Source: Desulfobacterales bacterium (GTDB lineage: Bacteria; Desulfobacterota; Desulfobacteria; Desulfobacterales; C00003060). From it: a DNA stretch of 64,000 bases. The notes under the pieces were generated by a model that saw only the letters and a program-made list of their open reading frames with translations, searched no databases and was not told the DNA's origin. Below are positions 30,166 to 38,701 of the stretch, piece by piece (the first letter of the stretch is position 1; every line of letters begins with the position of its first letter). The DNA lies in the NCBI GenBank assembly GCA_013375375.1, contig JABXJX010000002.1, positions 1,584 through 65,583 on the forward strand, given 5' to 3'. Position numbers and translations under genes: made by a program.

Positions 30166-30855
30166 CTATCCCTTTCTTTTCCCATTGGGTTTCACCATGA
30201 TTTTCTTGGCAATACCCCGGCCAAGGGCCAGTCGCATACCGTTGACAGCGACAACAAGCTGGCCCGCGCCGCTGTTGGTTATGACCTCGACCTCATCACC
30301 CTTCCTCAGCCCTATAGTGGCCAATCGGAGTTGCGCGCCGGACCCTCCCATGAATTCCGCCACAATGCCTAATTCGCCTTCTTGGGCAAATGAAAGGGGG
30401 ATCAAACGGATGCGCTCCTTTAGGCAGTCTGAGCACAGGCCGTATATCTCCATCTTGTGCTGGAGTACGTGGAAGCCGTGCAGGGCGGCTATTTTAACCT
30501 GGAGATCTTCCATCTGACGGTTTTCAAACTCGGCTATCTTCCCACACTTAGTGCAAATGAGATGGTCGTGGTGAGAGCCGAGATGTCGGTGTTCATACAG
30601 AGTAGGTCGGCCTTCAAATCCCTTTTTTGCGGCAAAGCCGTATCGGCATAGGAGGTTTAGCGTCTTTTTTACGAAGTCCGGCTCAAAGTCATAGCCGTTA
30701 TTTTGTAAAGCAGCGATAAATTCTTGAAAGCTTATGTGTTTCTCAGTGCCGAGAAAGACCTCCAGGATGGCTAACCTATCCTCAATCCGGTCGATACCCT
30801 CATCTTCAAAAAGGCGCTTAAACTGTTCTTTTTCCTTATGGTGGATCGGTTCCAT
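30166..30855 (-). CDS. Fur-family regulator fused to a C-terminal FeoA (SH3-like) domain
   Basis: Residues 1-150 look like Fur (HHDHLICTKCGKIAEF...GLCSDC). Residues 155-229 look like FeoA (LSFAQEGELGIVAEF..RLATIGLRKGDEVEV...LALGRGIAKKIMV). It is the first gene of the feoA-feoB operon. Confidence 0.75.
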   Translation of the reverse strand: MEPIHHKEKEQFKRLFEDEGIDRIEDRLAILEVFLGTEKHISFQEFIAALQNNGYDFEPDFVKKTLNLLCRYGFAAKKGFEGRPTLYEHRHLGSHHDHLICTKCGKIAEFENRQMEDLQVKIAALHGFHVLQHKMEIYGLCSDCLKERIRLIPLSFAQEGELGIVAEFMGGSGAQLRLATIGLRKGDEVEVITNSGAGQLVVAVNGMRLALGRGIAKKIMVKPNGKRKG

Positions 30856-30871
30856 TTGTTCCCCTTCTTAT

Positions 30872-30912
30872 TGTTATTGAGTTACAATAACACAAAGCGG
30901 CAAGCTTGTCAA
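30872..30912 (-). promoter_or_regulatory. candidate promoter with overlapping Fur-box-like palindrome
   Basis: On the minus strand, TTGACA (30907-30912) is followed by a 17-nt spacer and TATTGT (30884-30889). The palindrome TGTTATTG-N5-CAATAACA (30872-30892) covers the -10 box and lies just upstream of RBS GAAGGGGA. Confidence 0.5.
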
Positions 30913-30954
30913 ATTTTTTTTTGAGATTTCCCTAAGGAGTAAGGATATGGTTCC

Positions 30955-31147
30955 CTAGCAGGCTGTTGAAAAACTCTTCTTTTCGCTCCGATTGCCCATT
31001 TTTGAAGTTTCTAAGTTCGCTCCGCTAAAATTGCAAAACTCGGCATACGCCTCAGACAGTTGCAATTTTTGACGCTCCGCTTCACTAAGAAACTTTCGCA
31101 AAAATGATCAAAGTCGCTCATTCAAGAGTTTTTCAACAGCTTGCTAG
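30955..31147. repeat. 193-bp palindromic element (family 2)
   Basis: The termini CTAGCAGGCTGTTGAAAAACTCTTC and CAAGAGTTTTTCAACAGCTTGCTAG are reverse complements (2-3 mismatches). The interior is also partly self-complementary and contains repeated CGCTCCG units. Confidence 0.7.
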
Positions 31148-31392
31148 TTCTTGGAGTGGCCGGGAAGGTCTATAGTGGAACAGGTTCCAGAGGCGCATTC
31201 CCTCGATTGTACCTTTGGGCTTCGCGATTCTCCCTTGCCAGGACCCATGGTATGGCTGGTTGTACTCAGTATGCGCTCAAAGTCTTCGGACTTACAGTGG
31301 GGGCATTTCATCTCAACCTCTTTCTCAGTACTTACCGTGAGGATCTCAAAGACCTCATTGCACTTTAAACAGCGAAACTCATATATAGGCAT
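31144..31392 (-). CDS. FmdB-family zinc-ribbon protein
   Basis: MPIYEFRCLKCNEVFE...CPHCKS is the typical CxxC..CxxC FmdB/TIGR02605 N-terminus. Confidence 0.8.
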   Translation of the reverse strand: MPIYEFRCLKCNEVFEILTVSTEKEVEMKCPHCKSEDFERILSTTSHTMGPGKGESRSPKVQSRECASGTCSTIDLPGHSKN

Positions 31393-31445
31393 AGTAATTA
31401 TCCTTTCGTTGGTGTTTACCGGATGTACGGCTGCTTGAAAAAATA

Positions 31446-31474
31446 TATATAGCAGAAATGCAGTATAGTTGCAA
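31446..31474 (-). promoter_or_regulatory. candidate sigma70 promoter of the FmdB-like gene
   Basis: On the minus strand, TTGCAA (31469-31474), a 17-nt spacer, then TATATA (31446-31451). Confidence 0.45.
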
Positions 31475-31479
31475 ACACC

Positions 31480-33630
31480 TTAGTTTTTGTTCAGCACCTT
31501 CCGGATGGTCTCGGATAGGTCGCGCATCAATAGAGGCTTCATGACAAGCTCCTGAATACCCATTGACTTGGCCTTGTTTTCGTCTATCAGTTCACTATAT
31601 CCTGTACAAAGAATAATGGGGATATCCGGCCGGATCCGTATGAGCTCTTCGGATAGTTCTCCACCTGTCATAGTAGGCATGGTTTGATCTGTGATGACCA
31701 GGTCGAATTTGTCCGGCTGTGCCTTAAAGACCTCCAGGGCATCGGTGCTGCTTGTTGTGGCAACAACCTCGTAACCAAGGCTCTCCAATATCCGTTTTAC
31801 CATGGTTACAATCGCTTTTTCGTCATCGAGAAAAAGAATCCGTTCGTTGCCTGTGCGAAGAGGTGAAGTGACTTCATTTTTTTGTGTAACCTCGATCTCA
31901 GCCCTTGGAATGAATACGTGGAAAGTAGTCCCTTTTCCAGGCTCACTTTGGACGCTGATCGTCCCCCTGTGGCTCTTGACGATTTTCCGGACTACCGCGA
32001 GGCCCATTCCGGTTCCTTCAGCTAAGCCCTTGGTGGTGAAATAAGGATCGAAAATTCGGTCTATAATCTCAGGATCTATACCATGGCCCGTATCGCTCAC
32101 GCTCAATGTAACATACGGTCCGGGTGTCAGATCCGGATATTCAGCCGCAGTATCTGCGTCGAGATCCGCATCTATAAGACTCACTTCCAGTATGCCCCCT
32201 TCTTCTCGCATGGCATGGGCCGCATTTGTGCAAAGATCGATCAGCACCTGATGGATTTGCGTGGAATCGGCTATTACCATGCATGAAGAACACTGGATTT
32301 TTTGGCGGATTTCAATGGTTGCGGGCAACGATGCTCGGAGCAGTTTGAGGGCTTCTTCAACAACGAGACCGAGCTGCAGCGGCCTTTTTTCCACTTTGCT
32401 TTGACGGCAATATGTTAGGATTTGCTCCACCACGTTTTCCGCTCGCATGCAAGCCTTGAGCACCTCCTCCAAAGTCTGCCGCGGTTCACGCAAGTCGCGT
32501 ACCTGATACAGCGCCAGTTCAGTATTACCGATAATGATCCAAAGGATGTTGTTAAATTCATGAGCTATAGTACCCGCGAGGGCGCCTATGGCTTCCATCT
32601 TATGGGCTTGTTGGAGTTGTGCTTCCAGTTTCTTCTTTTCTTCCTCTGCCCGCTTTTGTTCTGTAATGTCCAGTGCGACCTCTACCACACCCGCAAGGTT
32701 GTCATTTCCGTCTCGAACCGGGTAGCTTCGTACGAACCATACTCGACCATCCGGGCAACTCACTTCTGATTCCTCTGGTCGACCTGTTTTACGAACCTGT
32801 GTAACAGGGCAGCCCGGACACGGTTTGCTACGTCCGTGTCTTACCTCATAGCAATAGCGTCCCGCCATTTCCTCAGTATTCATCCCAAGCGATTCGCCCG
32901 TTGCCCTGTTTGCCCATATTATCCTATGTTCAGTGTCCTGATACGTCACAACCCCGGTTATGCTGTTTAGAACAGCCTTTTTTTCTTCTTCGCTCTTTCT
33001 CAACGCCTCTTCGACTCGCCTTCGTTCAAGTATCTCATTGTTTAAAACCGCAATGGCATTTGAAAGCTCGGCGGTTCGCTTCTGAACCCGCTCTTCCAGT
33101 TCATCGCGGGCTTTTCTCAGCGCCTCCTCTGCTTGCTTACGCTCGGCGACTTTTTGTCTGAGTTCCTGTGCGTAAACGATCGATTGCTCGTAGGCAAGTT
33201 GCAGGCGGCGATTACTTTCCCGTAGCGCTTCTTCAGTTTTCTTGCGTTCGTTTTTCAGCCTTCTTTGATCAAGGGCGTTTCGCACCCTCTTTAACAGTTC
33301 ATCATGTTCAAACGGTTTTGTGAGATAATCGCAGGCTCCATTCGTCAGTGCTAATATCGATGATTCTACAGAAGCATGTCCGGTGATAATGACGACCAGG
33401 GTCTCCGGACTTTGCCTTTTTATCTGATCCATAATCTCGTTACCATCAGAATCAGGCATGACCAAGTCCAGCAACACAAGGTCAAAATCATTTTTGCCAA
33501 GACATTGTATAGCTTCCTGACCACCACAGCCTGCTTGAACCTCGAATCCTTCATTGCCCAACAAAGTCTTCAGGCTATCGCGCATGCGGGGCTCGTCATC
33601 TACTATCAGGATTTTGGGTACATTAGACAT
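31480..33630 (-). CDS. hybrid sensor histidine kinase (REC - coiled coil - PAS - HisKA - HATPase_c - REC)
   Basis: N-terminal receiver (ILIVDDEP..DLVLLDLVMPD..KPF), a PAS region, H-box GTIAHEFNNIL, ATPase DTGHGI..GMGLAVV, and a C-terminal receiver (ILFLDDE..DLVITDQTMP). Confidence 0.85.
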   Translation of the reverse strand: MSNVPKILIVDDEPRMRDSLKTLLGNEGFEVQAGCGGQEAIQCLGKNDFDLVLLDLVMPDSDGNEIMDQIKRQSPETLVVIITGHASVESSILALTNGACDYLTKPFEHDELLKRVRNALDQRRLKNERKKTEEALRESNRRLQLAYEQSIVYAQELRQKVAERKQAEEALRKARDELEERVQKRTAELSNAIAVLNNEILERRRVEEALRKSEEEKKAVLNSITGVVTYQDTEHRIIWANRATGESLGMNTEEMAGRYCYEVRHGRSKPCPGCPVTQVRKTGRPEESEVSCPDGRVWFVRSYPVRDGNDNLAGVVEVALDITEQKRAEEEKKKLEAQLQQAHKMEAIGALAGTIAHEFNNILWIIIGNTELALYQVRDLREPRQTLEEVLKACMRAENVVEQILTYCRQSKVEKRPLQLGLVVEEALKLLRASLPATIEIRQKIQCSSCMVIADSTQIHQVLIDLCTNAAHAMREEGGILEVSLIDADLDADTAAEYPDLTPGPYVTLSVSDTGHGIDPEIIDRIFDPYFTTKGLAEGTGMGLAVVRKIVKSHRGTISVQSEPGKGTTFHVFIPRAEIEVTQKNEVTSPLRTGNERILFLDDEKAIVTMVKRILESLGYEVVATTSSTDALEVFKAQPDKFDLVITDQTMPTMTGGELSEELIRIRPDIPIILCTGYSELIDENKAKSMGIQELVMKPLLMRDLSETIRKVLNKN

Positions 33631-33885
33631 GAATACCTCTTTCAGAAGGCTGGGTTATCATAAGTACACAAAAACCTCAACCTCCTTGTTTCCCCTTTTT
33701 AGAGCCTGACTGAATCATTAAACTTGTCAAGCTGTTACCCAGTCATCCCCAATACAGATGTCGGCGGATGGGTATCAGCCTACTGATGTTGCCCGCTTCA
33801 CATGATCCCATCAGGCTTTTTCTTGACCGATTGTGCCGGCTGGTCTATCTAAGGCTAATTATTGACCAGATTGCGAATTTAGCGC

Positions 33886-34045
33886 AAAGTACATTAACTA
33901 CCCAACATCACAGACAGGGCACAATGATGTCTTTTCCGGAATGACTGGCGGGAGGGCGCCTAAACACCAGCCAGGGAGACTCGGAATAGAGGAAAAGACA
34001 TCATGATCCCAAACCAATGTTGGTACAAAACGTTCTCATTAGTAA
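33886..34045 (-). repeat. nested-hairpin MITE-like repeat, intermediate copy E (hairpin tip absent)
   Basis: The reverse complement aligns with both arms of copies A/B. However, CCGAGTCTCCCTGGCTGGTGTTT joins directly to AGGCGCCCTCCCGCCAGTCA. Confidence 0.75.
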
Positions 34046-34092
34046 TTCTGCGATCCACAATCTCAAATCGAAAACCAAAAGGGGGTGTCTTT

Positions 34093-34620
34093 ATGGAGAA
34101 AAAAGTGGGCCTGGCAGTGCTCCAGGTAAGCCAGTGTGATATTACCGAGATGGAAACGGATGCAATAGTTAATGCGGCCAACGCACAGCTCATCCTGGGT
34201 GCCGGCGTAGCCGGAGCCATCAGGACGAAGGGAGGGCCTAAGATCCAGGAGGAGTGCAATGCCATCGGCGGCACCTTTGTAGGAGGGGCCGTGATCACAA
34301 CCGGTGGCAACCTGGAGGTAAGGCATGTGATCCATGCAGTGGGCCCGCGCATGGGGGAGGGAAACGAGGACGAGAAGTTGAAGAACGCCACCCTAAATAG
34401 CCTGAAGGTGGCTGACGAGAACAAGCTTACCAGCATCACGTTCCCGGCCATCAGTACGGGTGTCTTTGGATTTCCAAAGGAGCGCTGCGCCGAGATAATG
34501 CTTCGCACGGTGATCGATTACTTAAAAGGAGATACAAGGCTTAAAAGGGTGGTCTTTTGCCTGCACGGGGAGTCGAGTTGCGAGATTTTCTCAGAGACTC
34601 TGGCCCGCCTTTCCACATAA
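34093..34620 (+). CDS. macro-domain protein (ADP-ribose/O-acetyl-ADP-ribose binding or hydrolase, YmdB-like)
   Basis: DITEMETDAIVNAANAQLILGAGVAGAI...GGAVITTGGNL..HVIHAVGP..SITFPAISTGVFGFP. ATG 34093 follows AAGGGGG, and the upstream part of the ORF lies within repeat E. Confidence 0.85.
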   Translation: MEKKVGLAVLQVSQCDITEMETDAIVNAANAQLILGAGVAGAIRTKGGPKIQEECNAIGGTFVGGAVITTGGNLEVRHVIHAVGPRMGEGNEDEKLKNATLNSLKVADENKLTSITFPAISTGVFGFPKERCAEIMLRTVIDYLKGDTRLKRVVFCLHGESSCEIFSETLARLST

Positions 34621-34630
34621 AAAAGCCTGG

Positions 34631-35044
34631 CTATTGGCTTTTCCAGCTCACTCGACGCCCCCAAGCCTCTTGATACTTCATGAGAATCAGTTTGCGGGCA
34701 AAATCGGGGCTCGATAAGTAGCCAAGGTTCACGCTCAGGAACCGGTCCTTGAGTTCCTTAAAGACATCGTCTTTTTTTGTTTCAGAAACAAAGTTTCTTT
34801 GCTTCTCATGCTGGTACGTGGCCGTGTCGCCTATGGTCTTTTTTATCTCATCAAAAGGGAAATCTTCGAATTCTTTGTCTTCAAAGTATTCCGGCGTCAC
34901 ATCAACCTCTATGCGGGCGACAAGAGAGATCAGCCACCGGTCTCCTGCCACACGTCTTGAGCAATCATAAAGTTCGAGGGTCAGTCCGTTTTCAAGCTCT
35001 ATTTTGTCAATCAGTTTTTCTTCCATGGTCTGGTCAATAGTCAT
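34631..35044 (-). CDS. hypothetical protein
   Basis: 137-aa ORF lying 28 nt downstream of the EndoQ-UvrD gene on the same strand. No family was recognised. ATG 35044 follows AAGAAGG. Confidence 0.45.
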   Translation of the reverse strand: MTIDQTMEEKLIDKIELENGLTLELYDCSRRVAGDRWLISLVARIEVDVTPEYFEDKEFEDFPFDEIKKTIGDTATYQHEKQRNFVSETKKDDVFKELKDRFLSVNLGYLSSPDFARKLILMKYQEAWGRRVSWKSQ

Positions 35045-35072
35045 TCCCAAAACCTTCTTTTGAAAGTATATA

Positions 35073-38000
35073 TCAAACCTCAAAAAGACTCAATTGTGCA
35101 TCCTGTTTCTTGGGAGCCGGCCGTGATAAAAAGGGCTTTTTGTATTCTTTTAGATCTTCTTCAACGGCCGCAAGAAAAGGGGAGGGATGCTGAAAGGTCC
35201 TCCGTCCGAACAATAGCCTCTTCTTGGCGTGGGTCAGATAGATTTTTTCCTGCGCCCGGGTCAAGGCCACATAAAATAACCTTCTTTCTTCAGTGAGATC
35301 CCCCTGTTCACCTTTTTCCCTTTGGTAAGGAATCACCCCATCTTCACAACCTGCGATGAAGACCACAGGAAACTCCAGACCCTTGGCTGCATGCATGGTA
35401 AGCAGCGAAACCTTTTCTGCACCGGGGTCATAGCGGTCCTGCCAATCTTCGAGCGCGAGGTGAGCCAGAAAGTCCATGCCACGGTCCTCAAAGGATCCGG
35501 CAATATCCAAAAAGAGTGTCAGGTCTTCTTCAAACGCCTTATTACCATCCATGGCATCCATGATGCTGAATCGATTCAGGACATGGTGGATTTGCTCATG
35601 CAGGCTCATTTTGTTTAGTGTCTCTTTGAGTTGATTCAAATCCTTTAAAAATATACTGAGCTTGCTTCTCGGACCCGGTTTGAGTTCGGGGATCTCGTCT
35701 GAGCGGTTGGCAGCGGTCATAAGAGAACACCCGCTCATTTTGGACCATTGCTTTAATGTGCGAAGAGTACTGCGTCCGATCCCACGTGAAGGGAAGTTTA
35801 GGGTCCTTTCCACATCAAGATCGCTTGCAATCGACCATCCCGCCTTCAGGTAGGAAATAAGCTCCGTTATTCCAGTGCGATCTTGGAGCTTTTCATATCC
35901 GACCATCTGAAACGGGATACCGGACCGTGCAAATGCCTCCTCCATGGCCTTCCCCTGTTCCTTGATGCGGTAAAGCACGGCAAAATCCGAAAACCCCCGT
36001 TCCCTTTTGGCTTGAAGCCGGTCAATCCGCCCGCTGTCCATGGAAAAGTGGCTGATTCCTCCAACCTCCTGCTCGATGGTCTTGACTATGTACTCCGCCT
36101 CTGCCCTTTCAGTGGGAAGCTCGGTGACGGTCAGGGCCTTGGCGCCGTGGATCCCCGACCAGATACTCTTCTTATCATCCGTACCGATAAGCTGTCCTGA
36201 GGCCCTTAAAATTGTTTCTGTGGAGCGATAGTTCTGTTTAAGCAGAATCGTTTTTGCACTTGGATAATCCTCGCAAAACCTGTGAAAATATCGGACGTCT
36301 GCCCCCCTGAATCCGTATATGGCCTGATCCGGGTCGCCGATGACACAGATGTCGTGGCCTTCCGGGGCAAGGAGGCGGATGAGATGGTACTGGGCATAAT
36401 TGATGTCCTGATATTCGTCCACGGATATGAAAGAAAACCTTTTTTGGTACTTTCTCTGGATATCATGATGAGTTTCAAGAAGTCTGACTGTGTTAAAAAC
36501 AAGGTCATCAAAGTCAAGGAGATGGTTCTCATTAAGGATCTCCTGATATGCCTTATATATGGAAGGAAACTTATCCTGGAGTGGTTCCGGGACATTCCCG
36601 GCCAAATCGTCCTTCGGGGAGATCAAGAGCTGTTTCACCTTAGAGATAAGGTCTGCGATTTCACCTGTGTCAAGCCTTGAAACAAAAAGCTCGCCGTGCG
36701 CCCTCTCCATGGCCGCCTTTACCAGCCGGGTACGGTCGGTTTCATTCAATACGGATACAGCCTGTCTTAGTTCCAACACCTTTGCTTCAAAACGGATGAT
36801 ATCAAGACACAGGGCGTGAAAAGTCTTGATGGTGACCCTATTCATGATCTCAGGGTCTTCAAGAATCCTGCTCAAACGCTCCGCCATCTCACGGGCGGCC
36901 TTGTTTGTAAAGGTAACAGCAAGTATCTGTTCAGGCCCGGCAATCCCTCTTTGAAGCAAACGGGCAATGCGATGTGTAAGGGTGAAGGTTTTGCCGGTTC
37001 CGGGACCGGCAACAATCAAGAGAGGCCCTCCGGTGTGTTCGATTGCCTCCTGCTGGGTCTTGTTCAGGCGCTCCAACAGACCTTTTTTGTCCTCCCCTAC
37101 AAGATGCGCTTGCTCCGGTGGGACAAAGGTTGCCCTTATCTCTTGAACTGTTTGGGCCGACCCTCTCCCACTCTTTGTACTTTTTTTTGGCAAAGCCCTG
37201 AAGAGCGTCTTTTGGCCGAGGAGCCGGGTGCGTTCCTCATCATCAAAGAGCGAGATAGTGCCGAACTCGCCGTCATATCCAGGAGCGATACGGACCCGGT
37301 TGTTTCGCATCCTGTTGATTGCCTCGGCGAGCAGGGGCGGCCCGTGCCGTTCAAGGGCCTCTATGGGGGTCTTTCTAAGGATATCAAATTCCGGGCCGAT
37401 GTTTTCGAGAAGTGTCCGGTAGGCCCCGGCCACCTTCTTGCTCTTGGGCCCCACCTGAAGAACCTGTGACAAGACATCGGTCAGGGGAAGGAGGCTTGTA
37501 TAGGGATGAGCCTTTTTTCGTTTTGCATTGGTTTTGCGGTCGGCCAGTTCTTCTACCCGGCACATGACCCCTATGGTGACCGGCCTGCCGCAGACCGGGC
37601 AGAGTCCGTTGTAACGCCTTGTCTCCTCGGGTGAAAGCCTGACACCGCATTTCCGGTGGCCGTCAAAATGGTACTTTCCCTCCTCGGCAAAGTATTCAAG
37701 TGTGCCCAGAAAATGTTTTGGATCACCGGTTTTCAGTGAATCTCTGATAGTAGAATAGGAAAGCTCTGTATCAAAAAGGTTTGCCTCCCTTCCCAGATTG
37801 GCCGGGGAATGGGCATCGGAATTGGAGACCAGGGTGAGGCCGTCTAATGACGAAACCCTCCAGTTCATGGCAGGATCGGAGGAAAGACCGGTCTCCACGG
37901 CAAAGATGTGTGTTGTCAGGTCATCAAAGCATTCCTCAATGGAGTCAAAACCGGACCTGGAACCGAGTACCGAGAACCACGGGGTCCAGATATGGGCGGG

Positions 38001-38483
38001 GATCAGGAATGCATCTTCTGAAGCTTCAAGCGCGATTTCAAGGAGTGACCTGCAGTCCAGCCCGAGGATCGGCCTCCCGTCAGACTTGATATTGCCGATC
38101 CGGGCCAGTCGTTGGTTGAATTTTTTTGCCGGCTCAAGTCCGGGCATAAAGACGACATTGTGGACCTTGCGGGTCTTCCCATCCTTTTTATATATGCTGC
38201 TGATTTCTACACCGAGGATGAAGCGTACAGGCCTTTTGCAGCCGGGTGGAACCAGATGGTCTGTTTGGACTGCAATCTCCGGCTTTAACTTATAGAGTCC
38301 GTCTTCTGCCGGCTCCAGCTTTTCGCGTAACTCTGAAAACCACTGAGGGTGGGTAAAATCCCCTGTTCCGACAACGGTAATCCCTTTTAGCTGGGCCCAG
38401 AGGTTCAGGTGTTCCAGATTAAGATTTTTGGCTGTTGCCCGTGAAAGATAGGAATGGATGTGAAGGTCGGCAATGAATTTCAT
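35073..38483 (-). CDS. EndoQ-like PHP/Zn-ribbon endonuclease fused to UvrD/PcrA-type superfamily-1 helicase
   Basis: N-terminal ~420 aa carry DLHIHSYLSRA, GTGDFTHPQW, IPAHIWTPW, SNSDAHSPANLGREAN, GKYHFDGHRKC...CPVCG and APGYDGEFG, which are EndoQ hallmarks. The C-terminal part carries AGPGTGKT, VDEYQD, QNYRS, TMHAAKGLEFPVVF and EERRLFYVALTRA, which are UvrD motifs. The start is ATG 38483 or TTG 38492. Confidence 0.8.
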   Translation of the reverse strand: MKFIADLHIHSYLSRATAKNLNLEHLNLWAQLKGITVVGTGDFTHPQWFSELREKLEPAEDGLYKLKPEIAVQTDHLVPPGCKRPVRFILGVEISSIYKKDGKTRKVHNVVFMPGLEPAKKFNQRLARIGNIKSDGRPILGLDCRSLLEIALEASEDAFLIPAHIWTPWFSVLGSRSGFDSIEECFDDLTTHIFAVETGLSSDPAMNWRVSSLDGLTLVSNSDAHSPANLGREANLFDTELSYSTIRDSLKTGDPKHFLGTLEYFAEEGKYHFDGHRKCGVRLSPEETRRYNGLCPVCGRPVTIGVMCRVEELADRKTNAKRKKAHPYTSLLPLTDVLSQVLQVGPKSKKVAGAYRTLLENIGPEFDILRKTPIEALERHGPPLLAEAINRMRNNRVRIAPGYDGEFGTISLFDDEERTRLLGQKTLFRALPKKSTKSGRGSAQTVQEIRATFVPPEQAHLVGEDKKGLLERLNKTQQEAIEHTGGPLLIVAGPGTGKTFTLTHRIARLLQRGIAGPEQILAVTFTNKAAREMAERLSRILEDPEIMNRVTIKTFHALCLDIIRFEAKVLELRQAVSVLNETDRTRLVKAAMERAHGELFVSRLDTGEIADLISKVKQLLISPKDDLAGNVPEPLQDKFPSIYKAYQEILNENHLLDFDDLVFNTVRLLETHHDIQRKYQKRFSFISVDEYQDINYAQYHLIRLLAPEGHDICVIGDPDQAIYGFRGADVRYFHRFCEDYPSAKTILLKQNYRSTETILRASGQLIGTDDKKSIWSGIHGAKALTVTELPTERAEAEYIVKTIEQEVGGISHFSMDSGRIDRLQAKRERGFSDFAVLYRIKEQGKAMEEAFARSGIPFQMVGYEKLQDRTGITELISYLKAGWSIASDLDVERTLNFPSRGIGRSTLRTLKQWSKMSGCSLMTAANRSDEIPELKPGPRSKLSIFLKDLNQLKETLNKMSLHEQIHHVLNRFSIMDAMDGNKAFEEDLTLFLDIAGSFEDRGMDFLAHLALEDWQDRYDPGAEKVSLLTMHAAKGLEFPVVFIAGCEDGVIPYQREKGEQGDLTEERRLFYVALTRAQEKIYLTHAKKRLLFGRRTFQHPSPFLAAVEEDLKEYKKPFLSRPAPKKQDAQLSLFEV

Positions 38484-38576
38484 ATAGCCCAAAGGGTAAA
38501 AGAAGTTGATAGTCTATTGAGAAAAAGCGTGTGACAAAATGTTCGGGATGATGATTTCGCAGAAAGTCATCAAATG

Positions 38577-38701
38577 GACGGCACAGCAAGAAGCTCCAGA
38601 TGCAAGGCGCGCGAGTCTTGAGGAATGAGGCGTACTTATCGTACGTCGCAATGACGAAAGATGAAGCGCAACGCCGCAGATGGACTTCTTGCGAAGCCGT
38701 C
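38577..38701. repeat. 125-bp imperfect palindromic element (family 3)
   Basis: GACGGCACAGCAAGAAGCTCCAGATGCAAGGCG... and ...CGCCGCAGATGGACTTCTTGCGAAGCCGTC are imperfect reverse complements. The centre is GAGGCGTAC-TTATC-GTACGTCGC. The right end overlaps the hypE stop. Confidence 0.6.
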
